Below, one piece after another: positions 19,223-29,462 of a stretch of 64,000 nt of DNA. The DNA is from a bacterium. GTDB lineage: Bacteria; SAR324; JACQKK01. Under the pieces are notes generated by a model that was given only the letters and a program-made list of their open reading frames with translations, did not search any database and was not told where the DNA came from. Each line of letters begins with the position of its first letter. Within the stretch, counting starts at the first letter, position 1. Both the position numbers and the translations under genes were made by a program. The stretch covers positions 352,001 through 416,000 of the forward strand of contig OZ251219.1 in the NCBI GenBank assembly GCA_965240465.1, read 5' to 3'.

Positions 19223-21742
19223 TTAAGTAGCAACTATATTGACCAGCTTGTTTTCCACCACGATCACCTTTTTAATTTTCTTATTTTGCAGCTGTTTTTT
19301 AATGGTTGGATTTTGCAGAGCTTTATTTTGGAGCTCTTTTGCGGTGTGATTGGTCATGACTTCAATTCGTTCTCTCACCTTACCATTGATTTGCAGGACC
19401 AAGGTGGTGGTGAGTTTTTTAATGTAATCCGACTGGTATTGAGGCCAAGGTTGGAGATGTACGCTGGATTCGGGGTGCCTTTTTCGCCAGAGTTCTTCGG
19501 TAATGAAGGGAGCGATTGGTGCTAGCATTAGGATAATGAGTTCGGTCAATTCATTCCACAAGGAGGTGTCTTGTAGTTGAGTTTGATGAGTTTTGAGTAC
19601 AGAACGACAGTGCATAAGGGCGGCTATCAGAGTGTTGAATTTAAATTTTTGGTAATCAGCAGTAGCCTTTTGGAGGGTTTGATGTATCAGGGAGCGTAAT
19701 TTTTCTTTTAGTTCGGGTGGTGATTCTTTAGGCGAGGGAGTTGTTTTAGAGCAGAGTTTCCAGACGTCTTGGATAAAGCGTTTCATGCCTTCTATGCCGC
19801 GTGGGTTCCAAGGTCCTCCTTGGTTCCAGGGGCCGATGAACATAAGATAAGCCCGAATGGTATCCGCCCCGTAGCGTTCCAATAGTTCATCGGGATTGAC
19901 CACATTGCCGCGGGATTTAGACATTTTTTCCCCGTCTGCACCCAAGATTGTGCCCTGATTATAGAGTTTTCGGATGGGTTCCCGATGGGGGAGCAATTTG
20001 GCATCTGCCAGAGCACGAGCGTAGAATCTCAGATAAAGCAGGTGCATTATGGCGTGTTCAATACCGCCTGTATATTGACTGATAGGCAACCATTTTTGGA
20101 TTTCATTAGCATCCCAAGGGGCGTCGCGGGTGGTTAGTTGTTGTTGTTTTTTCCAGTAGGGGGATAGGTAGGCGTACATATACCAAGAAGAACAAACGAA
20201 GGTATCCATGGTATCGGTTTCTCTTTGGGCTGCCTTTCCGCATTGAGGGCAAGTAGTATTAAGAAAACCGGAGTGTTTTTTCAGGGGGCTTTCCCCAGTG
20301 GGTTCAAATACGGCATCATTTGGTAGCAAGACTGGCAGGTCTTTTTCTGGAGCAGGAATCGTCCCGCACTGGGGGCAGTAAATGATGGGGATCGGAGTTC
20401 CCCACATACGCTGCCGAGAAATGAGCCAATCCCGCAAACGATAATTGACGGTCCGCTTTCCTAATCCTTGGGCGGTCAGCCATTCGGCAGTACGCTGAAA
20501 GCTTTTTGGCCAGGGAGTGCCATCAAATTCACCGCTATTGCACATGATGCTTCCTTCCTTAGCCGTGTAAGCTCCAGAGGGGGGAGGCATAGCCTCTGCT
20601 GAAGATTGCTTGACCGACCTGAGAACAGATTTGATAGGTAGCTGATATTTAATCGCAAAAGCCCAGTCGCGTTCATCATGAGCAGGCACCGCCATAACGG
20701 CACCAGTACCGTATCCCATAATCACATAATCAGCTACCCAGACGGGTATAGCCTCTTTATTAAAGGGATTGGTTACATAAGCTCCACTGAAGACACCATC
20801 TTTTTCCTGACCTTCTGCCGAGCGTTCAATTTCACTTTTGCCAGCTGCCCGTTCCCGATAATCGCGTACCGCAGCCAGATGCTCAGGCGGGGTGATGGAA
20901 TCCAGCAGAGGATGCTCAGGGGAAATAACACAGAAGGTTATGCCAAAGGCGGTATCTGGTCTAGTGGTGAACACTTGCAATTTGAGGTCGGTTTTTTCGG
21001 TAAAGAGCAGCTCAAATTCCACTCCTTCTGAGCGACCAATCCAATTAGTTTGCATGGTGCAGACCGCTTCAGGCCAATCCATTTGGCTAAAATCCAGCAA
21101 TTCTTCGGCGTAGCGGGTAATACGATATTTCCACTGATTGAGCAATTTTTTTACTACTCGTGTATCACAACGTTCGCATTTGCGTTCTTCGCCTATCACT
21201 TGCTCGCGTGCCAGAGTGGTATTGCACTGCGGACAAAAATCCACCGCCGCGTGCTCCCTATATGCCAATCCCTGCCGATAAAAAAGCAAAAATATCCACT
21301 GATTCCACTTGTAATAATCCGCTTCACAACTAATGATTTCATTCTTCCAAGCCCACATTGCTCCCATCCGTCGCAACTGACCTCGCATGCGTTCAATGTT
21401 TTTATAAGTCCATTCCTTAGGATGCAAACCATGCTTAATAGCCGCATTCTCTGCTGGAAGACCAAAGGCATCAAAGCCGATTGGAAAAAAAACGTCATAG
21501 CCCTGCATCCTCTTAAAACGCGCCCCTGCATCCGAAGGTGCCATCGCATACCAATGACCAATGTGTAAATCACCCGATGGATAAGGTAACATGGTCAGCC
21601 AATAAAAGGGCTTTTTAGGCTCTGCCGATTTCTCATACAGACCCTCAGCTTCCCAGCGAGTACTCCAACGAGCTTCTACCTCACTAGGTTGGTACTTCTT
21701 TTCCCTTCCCCCGTTATCTGCCACCGATACTTCCATCACCAC
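19223..21742 (-). CDS. leuS: Leucine--tRNA ligase
   Basis: MLPYPSGDLHIGH, FDAFGLPAENAA, FTTRPDT, GTGAVMAVPAHD, KMSKS. Confidence 0.97.
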   Translation of the reverse strand: MVMEVSVADNGGREKKYQPSEVEARWSTRWEAEGLYEKSAEPKKPFYWLTMLPYPSGDLHIGHWYAMAPSDAGARFKRMQGYDVFFPIGFDAFGLPAENAAIKHGLHPKEWTYKNIERMRGQLRRMGAMWAWKNEIISCEADYYKWNQWIFLLFYRQGLAYREHAAVDFCPQCNTTLAREQVIGEERKCERCDTRVVKKLLNQWKYRITRYAEELLDFSQMDWPEAVCTMQTNWIGRSEGVEFELLFTEKTDLKLQVFTTRPDTAFGITFCVISPEHPLLDSITPPEHLAAVRDYRERAAGKSEIERSAEGQEKDGVFSGAYVTNPFNKEAIPVWVADYVIMGYGTGAVMAVPAHDERDWAFAIKYQLPIKSVLRSVKQSSAEAMPPPSGAYTAKEGSIMCNSGEFDGTPWPKSFQRTAEWLTAQGLGKRTVNYRLRDWLISRQRMWGTPIPIIYCPQCGTIPAPEKDLPVLLPNDAVFEPTGESPLKKHSGFLNTTCPQCGKAAQRETDTMDTFVCSSWYMYAYLSPYWKKQQQLTTRDAPWDANEIQKWLPISQYTGGIEHAIMHLLYLRFYARALADAKLLPHREPIRKLYNQGTILGADGEKMSKSRGNVVNPDELLERYGADTIRAYLMFIGPWNQGGPWNPRGIEGMKRFIQDVWKLCSKTTPSPKESPPELKEKLRSLIHQTLQKATADYQKFKFNTLIAALMHCRSVLKTHQTQLQDTSLWNELTELIILMLAPIAPFITEELWRKRHPESSVHLQPWPQYQSDYIKKLTTTLVLQINGKVRERIEVMTNHTAKELQNKALQNPTIKKQLQNKKIKKVIVVENKLVNIVAT

Positions 21743-21816
21743 TCAACTTTCTTATTTTCTAGATTTACTTTTCTCACAGCGGAGTACCATCAAAAAACTG
21801 ATTTGTGCATTTATCG

Positions 21817-23100
21817 CTAGTTATTGCTTGGTTGTGCCATCAAGAATGCCATTGAGCGATTGCCCTTTATCTTGTTGCATTGCGGACATAGCAATTGTAG
21901 GTTGCCGCGTTCATTTCCGCCACCATCGCTTTTAGGAATGATGTGGTCAATATCAAAATTATCTCTGGGGAAATGTATCTTACATCCATTGCATTTGCCA
22001 TTTTGTTTGCCAAACATGAAGAATTTATCTTCTTTGGTGGGATTTCTTTTATAATCCACATCTGTTCGGGTAGGTATATCTTCTCGGTAGATTGGTTTGC
22101 TTCTGAAGAAATCTTCTGGGACTTCGTTTTTTAGTCTGGTTTTTACCAACTCAAAGGCTTTGGGGGATACATCAATACCGATCCATTCACGCTCCAAACG
22201 CGAGGCTGCGATGCAAGTGGTGGCACAGCCACAGAATGGATCCAGCACTAGTCCTTTTGCGGGGCAGGATGCCTCAATAATGCGTTCTACCAATGCTAGG
22301 GGCTTTTGAGTAGGGTATCCCGTGCGTTCCTTTGCTTGAGAATTAAGGATGTTCAATTTTTTGTCTCGCAAATATGTCCAGGTATCATTTTCTATTACTC
22401 CTTTTTTCCTAACGTACACTACCTGATAACCTTTATTTTTATATTTTTCAATGACCGCTTCGGGGGTGTTCTCTTTTTCATAAATCAATAATTGTCCTTG
22501 CCCATTGATGATATTTGTATGGTATGGAGTGGTGGTTTGCTTTTCAACATAAAGCGGTATGAAGATATGTTTGCCTTGCTTCTTTGCATAATACAAAATC
22601 ACATCGTGATTCTTTTGAAAATGGTTTATAACATTGCTCCATTTACCATAATTCCAAACAACCTCATTCATAAAATTGCTAGTCCCAAATATCGTATCCA
22701 GCAGCAGCTTAAGGTAATGACTCGCAGTAGGATCGCAATGCAGATACAAACTCCCCGTCTCTTTTAAGATGCGATGCATCTCAAACAAGCGTACCGCCAT
22801 GTAAATGAGATAATACTTGGCAGAACGGCTGCCTATATCTCCTACGGCATCCAAGTACTTATAGAGCCTTGGCTGTTTGGCTTTGATTTCTTCATGCCAT
22901 TCATCTTTAACCGATTCTTCGTGCCAAATATCATCAAAATCAGCTCCTTCTGCCTCGGAGCCTACTGGGGCATGAAACTTTTTTCCTTTGTTGAAAGGTG
23001 GATCAAGATAAATCAGGTCAATGCTATTGCTGTTGACACCTCGCAGGATGGGCAGGTTATCGTGGCAAAAAATGGTATGGGATTTCAGAGTAGTTTGCAT
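21817..23100 (-). CDS. Beta-class N4/N6 DNA methyltransferase fused to a C-terminal HNH endonuclease domain
   Basis: DLIYLDPPF, YPTQKP and DPFCGCATT motifs; C-terminal CxxC...DIDHIIP...GGN...NLQLLCxxCN. Confidence 0.88.
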   Translation of the reverse strand: MQTTLKSHTIFCHDNLPILRGVNSNSIDLIYLDPPFNKGKKFHAPVGSEAEGADFDDIWHEESVKDEWHEEIKAKQPRLYKYLDAVGDIGSRSAKYYLIYMAVRLFEMHRILKETGSLYLHCDPTASHYLKLLLDTIFGTSNFMNEVVWNYGKWSNVINHFQKNHDVILYYAKKQGKHIFIPLYVEKQTTTPYHTNIINGQGQLLIYEKENTPEAVIEKYKNKGYQVVYVRKKGVIENDTWTYLRDKKLNILNSQAKERTGYPTQKPLALVERIIEASCPAKGLVLDPFCGCATTCIAASRLEREWIGIDVSPKAFELVKTRLKNEVPEDFFRSKPIYREDIPTRTDVDYKRNPTKEDKFFMFGKQNGKCNGCKIHFPRDNFDIDHIIPKSDGGGNERGNLQLLCPQCNKIKGNRSMAFLMAQPSNN

Positions 23101-23148
23101 GATATTTATACTCAGAAAAACTTAGCTCCTGACCGAGACATCCCTTGC

Positions 23149-23790
23149 CTAAAAAACTTGTAGCCAGGGTACTAGTCTTTGCCCGATGCTGAAAATTATC
23201 TGGAAGATAGGGACGCCAATAACGCTAAGCAAAATCAGCATCATTAAAGCAGCAGAGCCATAGCGATCATTGAAATCATTGTAGGCTCGGGATGCTCCCT
23301 TACTGAGAAAATAAGGCAGGATGTAGTGTCCGTCCAGTGGTCCTAGGGGGATGAGATTAAACAACATCAGTACCAGATTGATGATTGCCAGATAGGAAAA
23401 AAACAACCGAATTGCTGGGCTGGTCAGTACTGGTATATCAACCTTAAGCAGCAGGGAAAACAAGTTCACCGCGGTGAAGGCGATCAACAAGTTCATCAGC
23501 GGACCGGCGGCGGCTACCACCAGTATTGCCCAGCGCGAACGCATACGCGATGGATTAAAGGGGACTGGCTTAGCATAACCGAAGCCCACCATTACCACCA
23601 TCAGCAGCCCGATGGCATCAATATGGGCTAGGGGGTTGAGAGTTAATCTTCCCAGACGGGCGGCGGTATCGTCGCCAAAGCACTGGGCTGCCCAGGCGTG
23701 TCCCCATTCATGAGCACTAAGAGAGATAACAAGGGCAATGATGATCAGAAAAAAAAGTGCGAACTGACCTTGGAATAAAAGCGTAATCAT
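23149..23790 (-). CDS. Site-2 protease family (M50) membrane metalloprotease
   Basis: HEWGH, GRLTLNPLAHID, AGPLMN, FNLIPLGPLDG. Confidence 0.92.
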   Translation of the reverse strand: MITLLFQGQFALFFLIIIALVISLSAHEWGHAWAAQCFGDDTAARLGRLTLNPLAHIDAIGLLMVVMVGFGYAKPVPFNPSRMRSRWAILVVAAAGPLMNLLIAFTAVNLFSLLLKVDIPVLTSPAIRLFFSYLAIINLVLMLFNLIPLGPLDGHYILPYFLSKGASRAYNDFNDRYGSAALMMLILLSVIGVPIFQIIFSIGQRLVPWLQVF

Positions 23791-23883
23791 GGATCCTCCT
23801 AGGAGTGGTACAAACGAGCATTATCATAGCCCAAGCTGCCGCGATATCGGGGTAATATGATGAGAATTCAAGGTAGGGGGGAG

Positions 23884-26800
23884 CTATTTTTTTTTCAGGT
23901 ATTTGGTAATGGCTCGGTGTTGTCGGGCTGCTTCTGATATCTGGTTTCGGTAGGAAGCGTGCGGACCTTGTGGGAGCTTGTCTTTGACATATTGGTAGTG
24001 ACGCAGAGAATTTTTCCACTGCCTTAGTTGATGATATATCACTGCCAGCCGATAATGTACTGGGATTTCCCAAGCGGTGTTGGTGATTGGTCTTTTAGCC
24101 AAGGAAACCAGTTCGGTGAGGGCTTTGCGATGTTGTTGGAGGGCAATTTCCATGTCTATCAGCGTGAGGGAGCTATCAAGGGCGATTTCATCGGTGCTGC
24201 CATTATCGGCTTGTTTCAGGAAACGTCTGGCTGCGGGCGTATTATTTAGGCTGGAATGCAGTTGTCCCATACGAAAGGCTTGAATTCGGCGGCGGGGGTC
24301 TGCCTTGGGGATATTTACCCGTAGTGCTTGATGATAAGCCAGCAATTGTTTAGCATTTTCGGGTAGTGGTAGTCGGGTTTGCAGGTATTCTAAAGTTTCC
24401 CACTGGTATTGCCATTCCAGCCCGATCCTAAGGGCTTGCTGATAGCTAAGCAGGGCTGGATTGGTTTGCTTTTTGAGTTCCAGTTGTTTGCCTTGCTTAA
24501 AATAAACCACTCCCAGTCGTTTTTGTATTTCTTGTTTCAGGGTTGGTTGTTCTTTTAGCAGTGCCATTCTCTTTTTTAGAATTTCAATCAGCAGGGGATA
24601 TTCTCCTTTTCCGTGCAGTGACTGTGACCATTCCTGCAGAGCCTCTTGCTGCTGAGGAGCAGGCAAGCGGGCCGAATTTTTTAGCAAGCCCGATAAGAGT
24701 CTTTTCGCCTGATGGTTGGATAATTTACCCGGTTTTTTTAGTCCTTTTGCCAGCTGGGCTGCCAACGCCCGCCGCTGTATTTTGTCCCTACCTGCCTTAG
24801 ACAAGTTTCCCGATAGGGCAGATTTTAGTACTCGCAATTTGGCAGCTGGGTCCTGACGATGATGGGCTGCCAAGCCCAGTACGGCGATTTCCTTGAGTAT
24901 CTGCGGGGTTTGCTTTTTCTCAATTGCTGGCTGATACCACTTCCGCAGTAGTTTCTCCTCGGCAGGCAGGAAAGAAGTTGTACGCCAGAATTCGTGCAGT
25001 GATAAAAAGCTACGCTGAAAAATCAGAGGGGATTGGTTGGCATGGTTTTGCTGGAGCAGAATTGGTATCGCTTGCAATGCTCGTTTGGTCTGCAGTAGAT
25101 ATTCTGCAAACCACCCTGAGGCTTCTATCTGTCGCGATAGTGGATTTTTGGCATCATTCATTACCGAGAGATAATACTCAGCAGCAGTAGCTTGTTGACT
25201 GGGGGTTGAGCTCTTGGTGGTTGAGCTCTTGGTGGTTGAGCTCTTGGTGGTTGAGATTTGTAATTGCCAAGAGAAAATTTCCAGCCAGCGAGACTCCTGT
25301 TTGCTTAAGGGTTTATAATTCTGCAAGCGTTTGCGTGCCTGCTTAAAACGGCTGGCTTGAATATCACTCTGCTGGAGGGCGTTAAGGGCTGCCAAAGAAA
25401 ATATGGGGACTGCCGTATTCAATAGGTTTTGATATTGCTCAGCAGACCGCCTAGTTTGTTTAAGCACCGCGTAAGCTAGGGCTAATTGAAATTGCCAAGC
25501 TGGGTTATTACTCAGGGTGGTCGGCCAATCTTCAGCCAAAGAAACCAAGCACGATGCTCGTCCAGTGAGTACACAAGCATAAGAAGCCGTCTTGATGGCT
25601 GTTTTATAGCTCAAGGAAGCAGGAGTATTTTTTCTCAGCACTCTCAAGTACGATTGGGACTGCGGTTGAGATTGTCCTACTGCAAATTGGGCTGAGAGTA
25701 ATAATTCTCCCCAGCTGAGAAAACCCAGCTGAGAATGCAATTCTAGTGGCTTAAGCTCTCTGATGGCTGCTTTATGCTGTCCCTTACGAGCTTGACAAAT
25801 TCCCCACATAAAATGTAGCTGCGGTCCGAAATTTTCCTTAGCCTTAGCTGCCGCAGGAGAGCTGGAGTTAAGATTAGCTCTAACCTTCCGACAATCCCCA
25901 TCGGCAAAACCTCTTAAAAAGGGCTGGAAACTTCTGCGATGCGGGCGATAAATTTGTTCCGCCAGCGCCAAGGCATATTCCTTAAAAGAAGGAGGTTGCA
26001 ATCCATTGGTTCCAGATAGCCCATACCGCAAATGAAACAATTGGGGCTTGCCGATAAGGTGAGGTCGCTGACTTAAAGCCAGAGCTAAATGCTCCTGAGC
26101 AAGCTTATTTTTATTTAGCTCAAAATACTCCTGCCCCACCTCTAAATATGCTCCTGCCCGAAAGGTGAGATCACTGGTGTTTAAGTAGGTTTTTAGGTGC
26201 TGAATATACCGCACCCGCTCTTTGTCGGTAGGCTGCACCCGCTCTTTGTCGGTAGGAGGAATAGTATTTTTTATGAGCCGTGCATGTTGATAAAGCAATC
26301 TGGAGTAATCGTGGACAGAGGCATAACAACAAAGCAATAAACGAGATACCGATAGTGCCTCTCTAAAGCGTTTTTGTTTTTGATAATCCTGTCGCAATTT
26401 TTCCAGTAAGCGAGCCTTTTCCTGATATGCACCTGAGGCATGTGGATAGGCATGTGGATGGGCATGTGGATGGGCATGTGGATGGGCATGTAGATAGGCA
26501 TTAAGTGATTGCCGAGAAAGCTTGTCATTTTGCCAAGCTTGGATTCTCAATTTAGTTGCCAGTATTTGGGGCGTATCAGGAACATCGGCAGGATTTTTAG
26601 CCTTGTTTAGAATGCGGAGGGCTGCCTGAGGGTTTTGCCTATCTAGCTGCCTTTCGGCATGGAACGCCAACAAGCTAGGCAAAAGAGGATGGCGAGGACT
26701 TCTTTGAGCCAGGGTATTCAACCTGCGTTTGGCTTTTTTCCAAGCTATTGAGTTATCCAGCAGAGGAATCTGTAGCACTAAGGCTTGGGCAGTAAATAAA

Positions 26801-27165
26801 CTGTTAGGAAATCTATTCATTAGATTTTCCAATGATTTCTTCGCCAACAAACCCTTCTGCAACTGCAACGCAGCCCGAGTCTGAATCAGCAACACCTCAT
26901 CCAAACGACCAGATTTGGGAAAACTCCGCTGGTATCGCCTAGCTAAATTTAAGACGGTCCGATGCTCATGGTTGTCAGAAGCTTGCCTCAGGATGAAAAT
27001 CTGCTTCAAACTCTGAGACACCAATTGACTACCCCAGCCCGATCGCACCCCCAACATTCCCTCTAGTAATAATAGCAGTAGTAGGCAGATGAACCATCGC
27101 CCCAGCAGAAATCCGCCTCGCCCGTTCTTCCGATAACCTAAAAAACCACCCATCTTAAAATTCAT
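23884..27165 (-). CDS. Large exported TPR-like helical-repeat protein
   Basis: 1093 aa, signal peptide, helical repeats (FP.S...A, YRLAVIY). Internal in-frame tandem repeats at about 25200-25255, 26211-26252 and 26437-26500. Confidence 0.7.
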   Translation of the reverse strand: MNFKMGGFLGYRKNGRGGFLLGRWFICLLLLLLLEGMLGVRSGWGSQLVSQSLKQIFILRQASDNHEHRTVLNLARRYQRSFPKSGRLDEVLLIQTRAALQLQKGLLAKKSLENLMNRFPNSLFTAQALVLQIPLLDNSIAWKKAKRRLNTLAQRSPRHPLLPSLLAFHAERQLDRQNPQAALRILNKAKNPADVPDTPQILATKLRIQAWQNDKLSRQSLNAYLHAHPHAHPHAHPHAYPHASGAYQEKARLLEKLRQDYQKQKRFREALSVSRLLLCCYASVHDYSRLLYQHARLIKNTIPPTDKERVQPTDKERVRYIQHLKTYLNTSDLTFRAGAYLEVGQEYFELNKNKLAQEHLALALSQRPHLIGKPQLFHLRYGLSGTNGLQPPSFKEYALALAEQIYRPHRRSFQPFLRGFADGDCRKVRANLNSSSPAAAKAKENFGPQLHFMWGICQARKGQHKAAIRELKPLELHSQLGFLSWGELLLSAQFAVGQSQPQSQSYLRVLRKNTPASLSYKTAIKTASYACVLTGRASCLVSLAEDWPTTLSNNPAWQFQLALAYAVLKQTRRSAEQYQNLLNTAVPIFSLAALNALQQSDIQASRFKQARKRLQNYKPLSKQESRWLEIFSWQLQISTTKSSTTKSSTTKSSTPSQQATAAEYYLSVMNDAKNPLSRQIEASGWFAEYLLQTKRALQAIPILLQQNHANQSPLIFQRSFLSLHEFWRTTSFLPAEEKLLRKWYQPAIEKKQTPQILKEIAVLGLAAHHRQDPAAKLRVLKSALSGNLSKAGRDKIQRRALAAQLAKGLKKPGKLSNHQAKRLLSGLLKNSARLPAPQQQEALQEWSQSLHGKGEYPLLIEILKKRMALLKEQPTLKQEIQKRLGVVYFKQGKQLELKKQTNPALLSYQQALRIGLEWQYQWETLEYLQTRLPLPENAKQLLAYHQALRVNIPKADPRRRIQAFRMGQLHSSLNNTPAARRFLKQADNGSTDEIALDSSLTLIDMEIALQQHRKALTELVSLAKRPITNTAWEIPVHYRLAVIYHQLRQWKNSLRHYQYVKDKLPQGPHASYRNQISEAARQHRAITKYLKKK

Positions 27166-27176
27166 TCTTCTCCCGC

Positions 27177-27236
27177 CATGCCAGATAATTCATGCCTGAT
27201 AATTCATGCCTGATAATTCTGCCTGATAATTCTGCC
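27177..27236. repeat. 13/14-bp tandem repeat (catgcctgataatt, about 4 copies) just upstream of the TPR gene
   Basis: Read directly from sequence. Confidence 0.85.
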
Positions 27237-27382
27237 AAACTCAGTAAAGACCACCATTAAGCACGAAATATGGGATATTCCTCTCTTAAAGGTTGTATCA
27301 TATTTTACGATGCTTGTTGGCACCACAGACCGCAACCTCGTAGGGGGGTGCTTGTTTTTTGATCGCCAGCTTTTCTGAGTAG

Positions 27383-28073
27383 TTGAATATTTTTTCCGCC
27401 CGAGTTTCCATTATCATTCCGCTGCTTAATGAGGCTGCCTTGACTGTCCCAGCTCTGCAGCGATTAGGTGCCATTTCAGGTCAGGCAGAGGTGGTGGTGG
27501 TGGATGGTGGTTCAACCGATGGTAGTCGGGAGTTAGCAGCTCCATTTTGTCGGGTATTGCAAAGTGAGCCCAATCGTGCTCGGCAGTGATATGGGGGTCC
27601 GCAATAGTAGCGGTGATTGGCTTTTATTCTTGCACCTTGATACCACCCTACCTTCATCTTTTTTGCGAGATATGGCTACCCTGGCACAACGAAATTGCCA
27701 AGCAGGAGCTTTCCGTCTGCAAATTGAGGGAAACTCTCTCTGGCTGAGGTTACTAAGTTGGGGTGCTAATTGGCGAACCAAGTATAGAAACATCGCCTTA
27801 GGAGACCAAGCCTGCTTTGTAAAACGAGACCTGTTTGAGCGTCTGGGAGGATTTCCTGAACTACCCATGATGGAGGATTATGCTTTCTCTTTGAAGGTTA
27901 AGCAAGCAAGGATTCGCTGGCGATTGGCACCCAGCGTGGTGTGTACTTCGGGTATTCGCTGGCAGCAGCAAGGATTTTGGCGTACTTGGTGGTTATTTCG
28001 GTGCTTATTTTATCAATTTCATCATCACCCCGATTTTCTCATCATGCTTAAGAAATATCCTCCCTCACGCTAA
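27383..28073 (+). pseudogene. GT2 glycosyltransferase, TIGR04283-like (arsenosugar-associated family), frameshifted near 27587
   Basis: SIIIPLLNE, VVVDGGSTDG and RARQ are in one frame; WLLFLHLDT, GDQA.FV.R.LF..LGGF and MED are in the +1 frame. Confidence 0.8.
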
Positions 28074-28094
28074 ACCCAAGCCAGAGTTGTCTAT

Positions 28095-28826
28095 ATGCCA
28101 CCAGCTACCAGTCCTCGGTCTCTTGATATGGTACATCTGGTTATCTTTTGCCGAGCCCCGCAACCAGGGCAGGTTAAAACTCGTCTGATCCCCACCTTAG
28201 GAGCCCACGGTGCCTGCGAGCTACAAATGGAATGCTTGCATGACATTCTTACAGAATCCCTTAATTGGTGCCTTCAAGACCGTTGTCGCAAAGCACACTT
28301 TTTTTATACTCCGCCTCATTGTTTGGCTAAATTTGCAAACTGGGGAATACCCATCCCGCCCGAATTCAGTACTCATCCCCAAGTGGGCGATAACCTAGCT
28401 CAACGCATAAAACACGCCATCGCCACGGTGCAGGCAGAGGGCGACCCCGCCAAGGCCAACAAAAAATCGGTGGTACTGCTGATAGCTAGCGACCTCCCTC
28501 TGTTAAACCACCAACATCTGGAAGAAGCCCTACTAGCTCTAGCTCATCACGATGTAGTCTTCGGACCCTCCCCAGATGGAGGCTACTACTTGATCGGCAC
28601 GCATCATTCTCATAAATGGCTCACCTTTCCTCCTACCGATGTACTAGCTAAAAACTTGCAATCCGCACGCGATCATAATCTATCTTGGGCTTGCATCTCT
28701 TCTCTGCCAGATCTGGACGTAGAAGTAGATCTATGGAGTACCCTGAAAAACTCTCAATCTGTTCAGCATACCCAACTTCGGGCGGTGCAATGGCTGATGC
28801 AATGGGCTCGCAAACAATGCCCATAG
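28095..28826 (+). CDS. TIGR04282/DUF2064-like glycosyltransferase-fold protein
   Basis: F.RAP.PG.VKTRL, Q.G.NL..R, SDLP, VVFGP..DGGYYLIG, DLD; usual partner of TIGR04283. Confidence 0.85.
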   Translation: MPPATSPRSLDMVHLVIFCRAPQPGQVKTRLIPTLGAHGACELQMECLHDILTESLNWCLQDRCRKAHFFYTPPHCLAKFANWGIPIPPEFSTHPQVGDNLAQRIKHAIATVQAEGDPAKANKKSVVLLIASDLPLLNHQHLEEALLALAHHDVVFGPSPDGGYYLIGTHHSHKWLTFPPTDVLAKNLQSARDHNLSWACISSLPDLDVEVDLWSTLKNSQSVQHTQLRAVQWLMQWARKQCP

Positions 28827-28973
28827 AAACAATGGCTCATAGAAACAATGGCTCATAGAAACAATGAGTGTAAAAACAATCCTAAAACTGATAGCCTGAA
28901 AACTGACATACTATTAAATCTAATTACTGCCTTTCAACCATCTTTATTTCTTTGCCTGTCTGGATGATTCACC

Positions 28974-29396
28974 ATGAATAATACCTTTATAGCTAATGCT
29001 TTATTTGTTTTCTTTTTGTTATCTGCTTGTAGCGGGATAGCCAAATATCCTACTCCACCCGTAAATCTGTTCTCCAACAATAACCAAGGAGCAGAAAAAA
29101 AAGTCTGGATAGAAGAGATCATCCCTCAAGCATGTGCTTCCGGTAGCAAACACAGGAAGGTAAAAAGTTGCACCAAAAAAGGAAAAAAATATCTAGAACG
29201 TGAAGCCTCGCCAGCCATAATTGTTGGAAATATGTGCCGTCAATTTACTTCTTATCTCAGTCAGGCATCCTGCTTTAAGCAAGCTGCCGACAATTCCCGA
29301 CATGGACCCCTATTGACATTCAAAAATAGCTGTGCCGATACCCAAAAAACCCCCAAGGACTTCGTTAGATGCATCAATAGTGGATACAATTTGTAA
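28974..29396 (+). CDS. Cys-rich putative lipoprotein
   Basis: Lipobox LLSAC at residue 19, plus six further Cys. Confidence 0.6.
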   Translation: MNNTFIANALFVFFLLSACSGIAKYPTPPVNLFSNNNQGAEKKVWIEEIIPQACASGSKHRKVKSCTKKGKKYLEREASPAIIVGNMCRQFTSYLSQASCFKQAADNSRHGPLLTFKNSCADTQKTPKDFVRCINSGYNL

Positions 29397-29462
29397 GGGC
29401 TCGGTTCTGCTATTCGTCCCGCAGTCAAATTGAGAATTCAGGCATTTGTTATGCCCGCGGGA

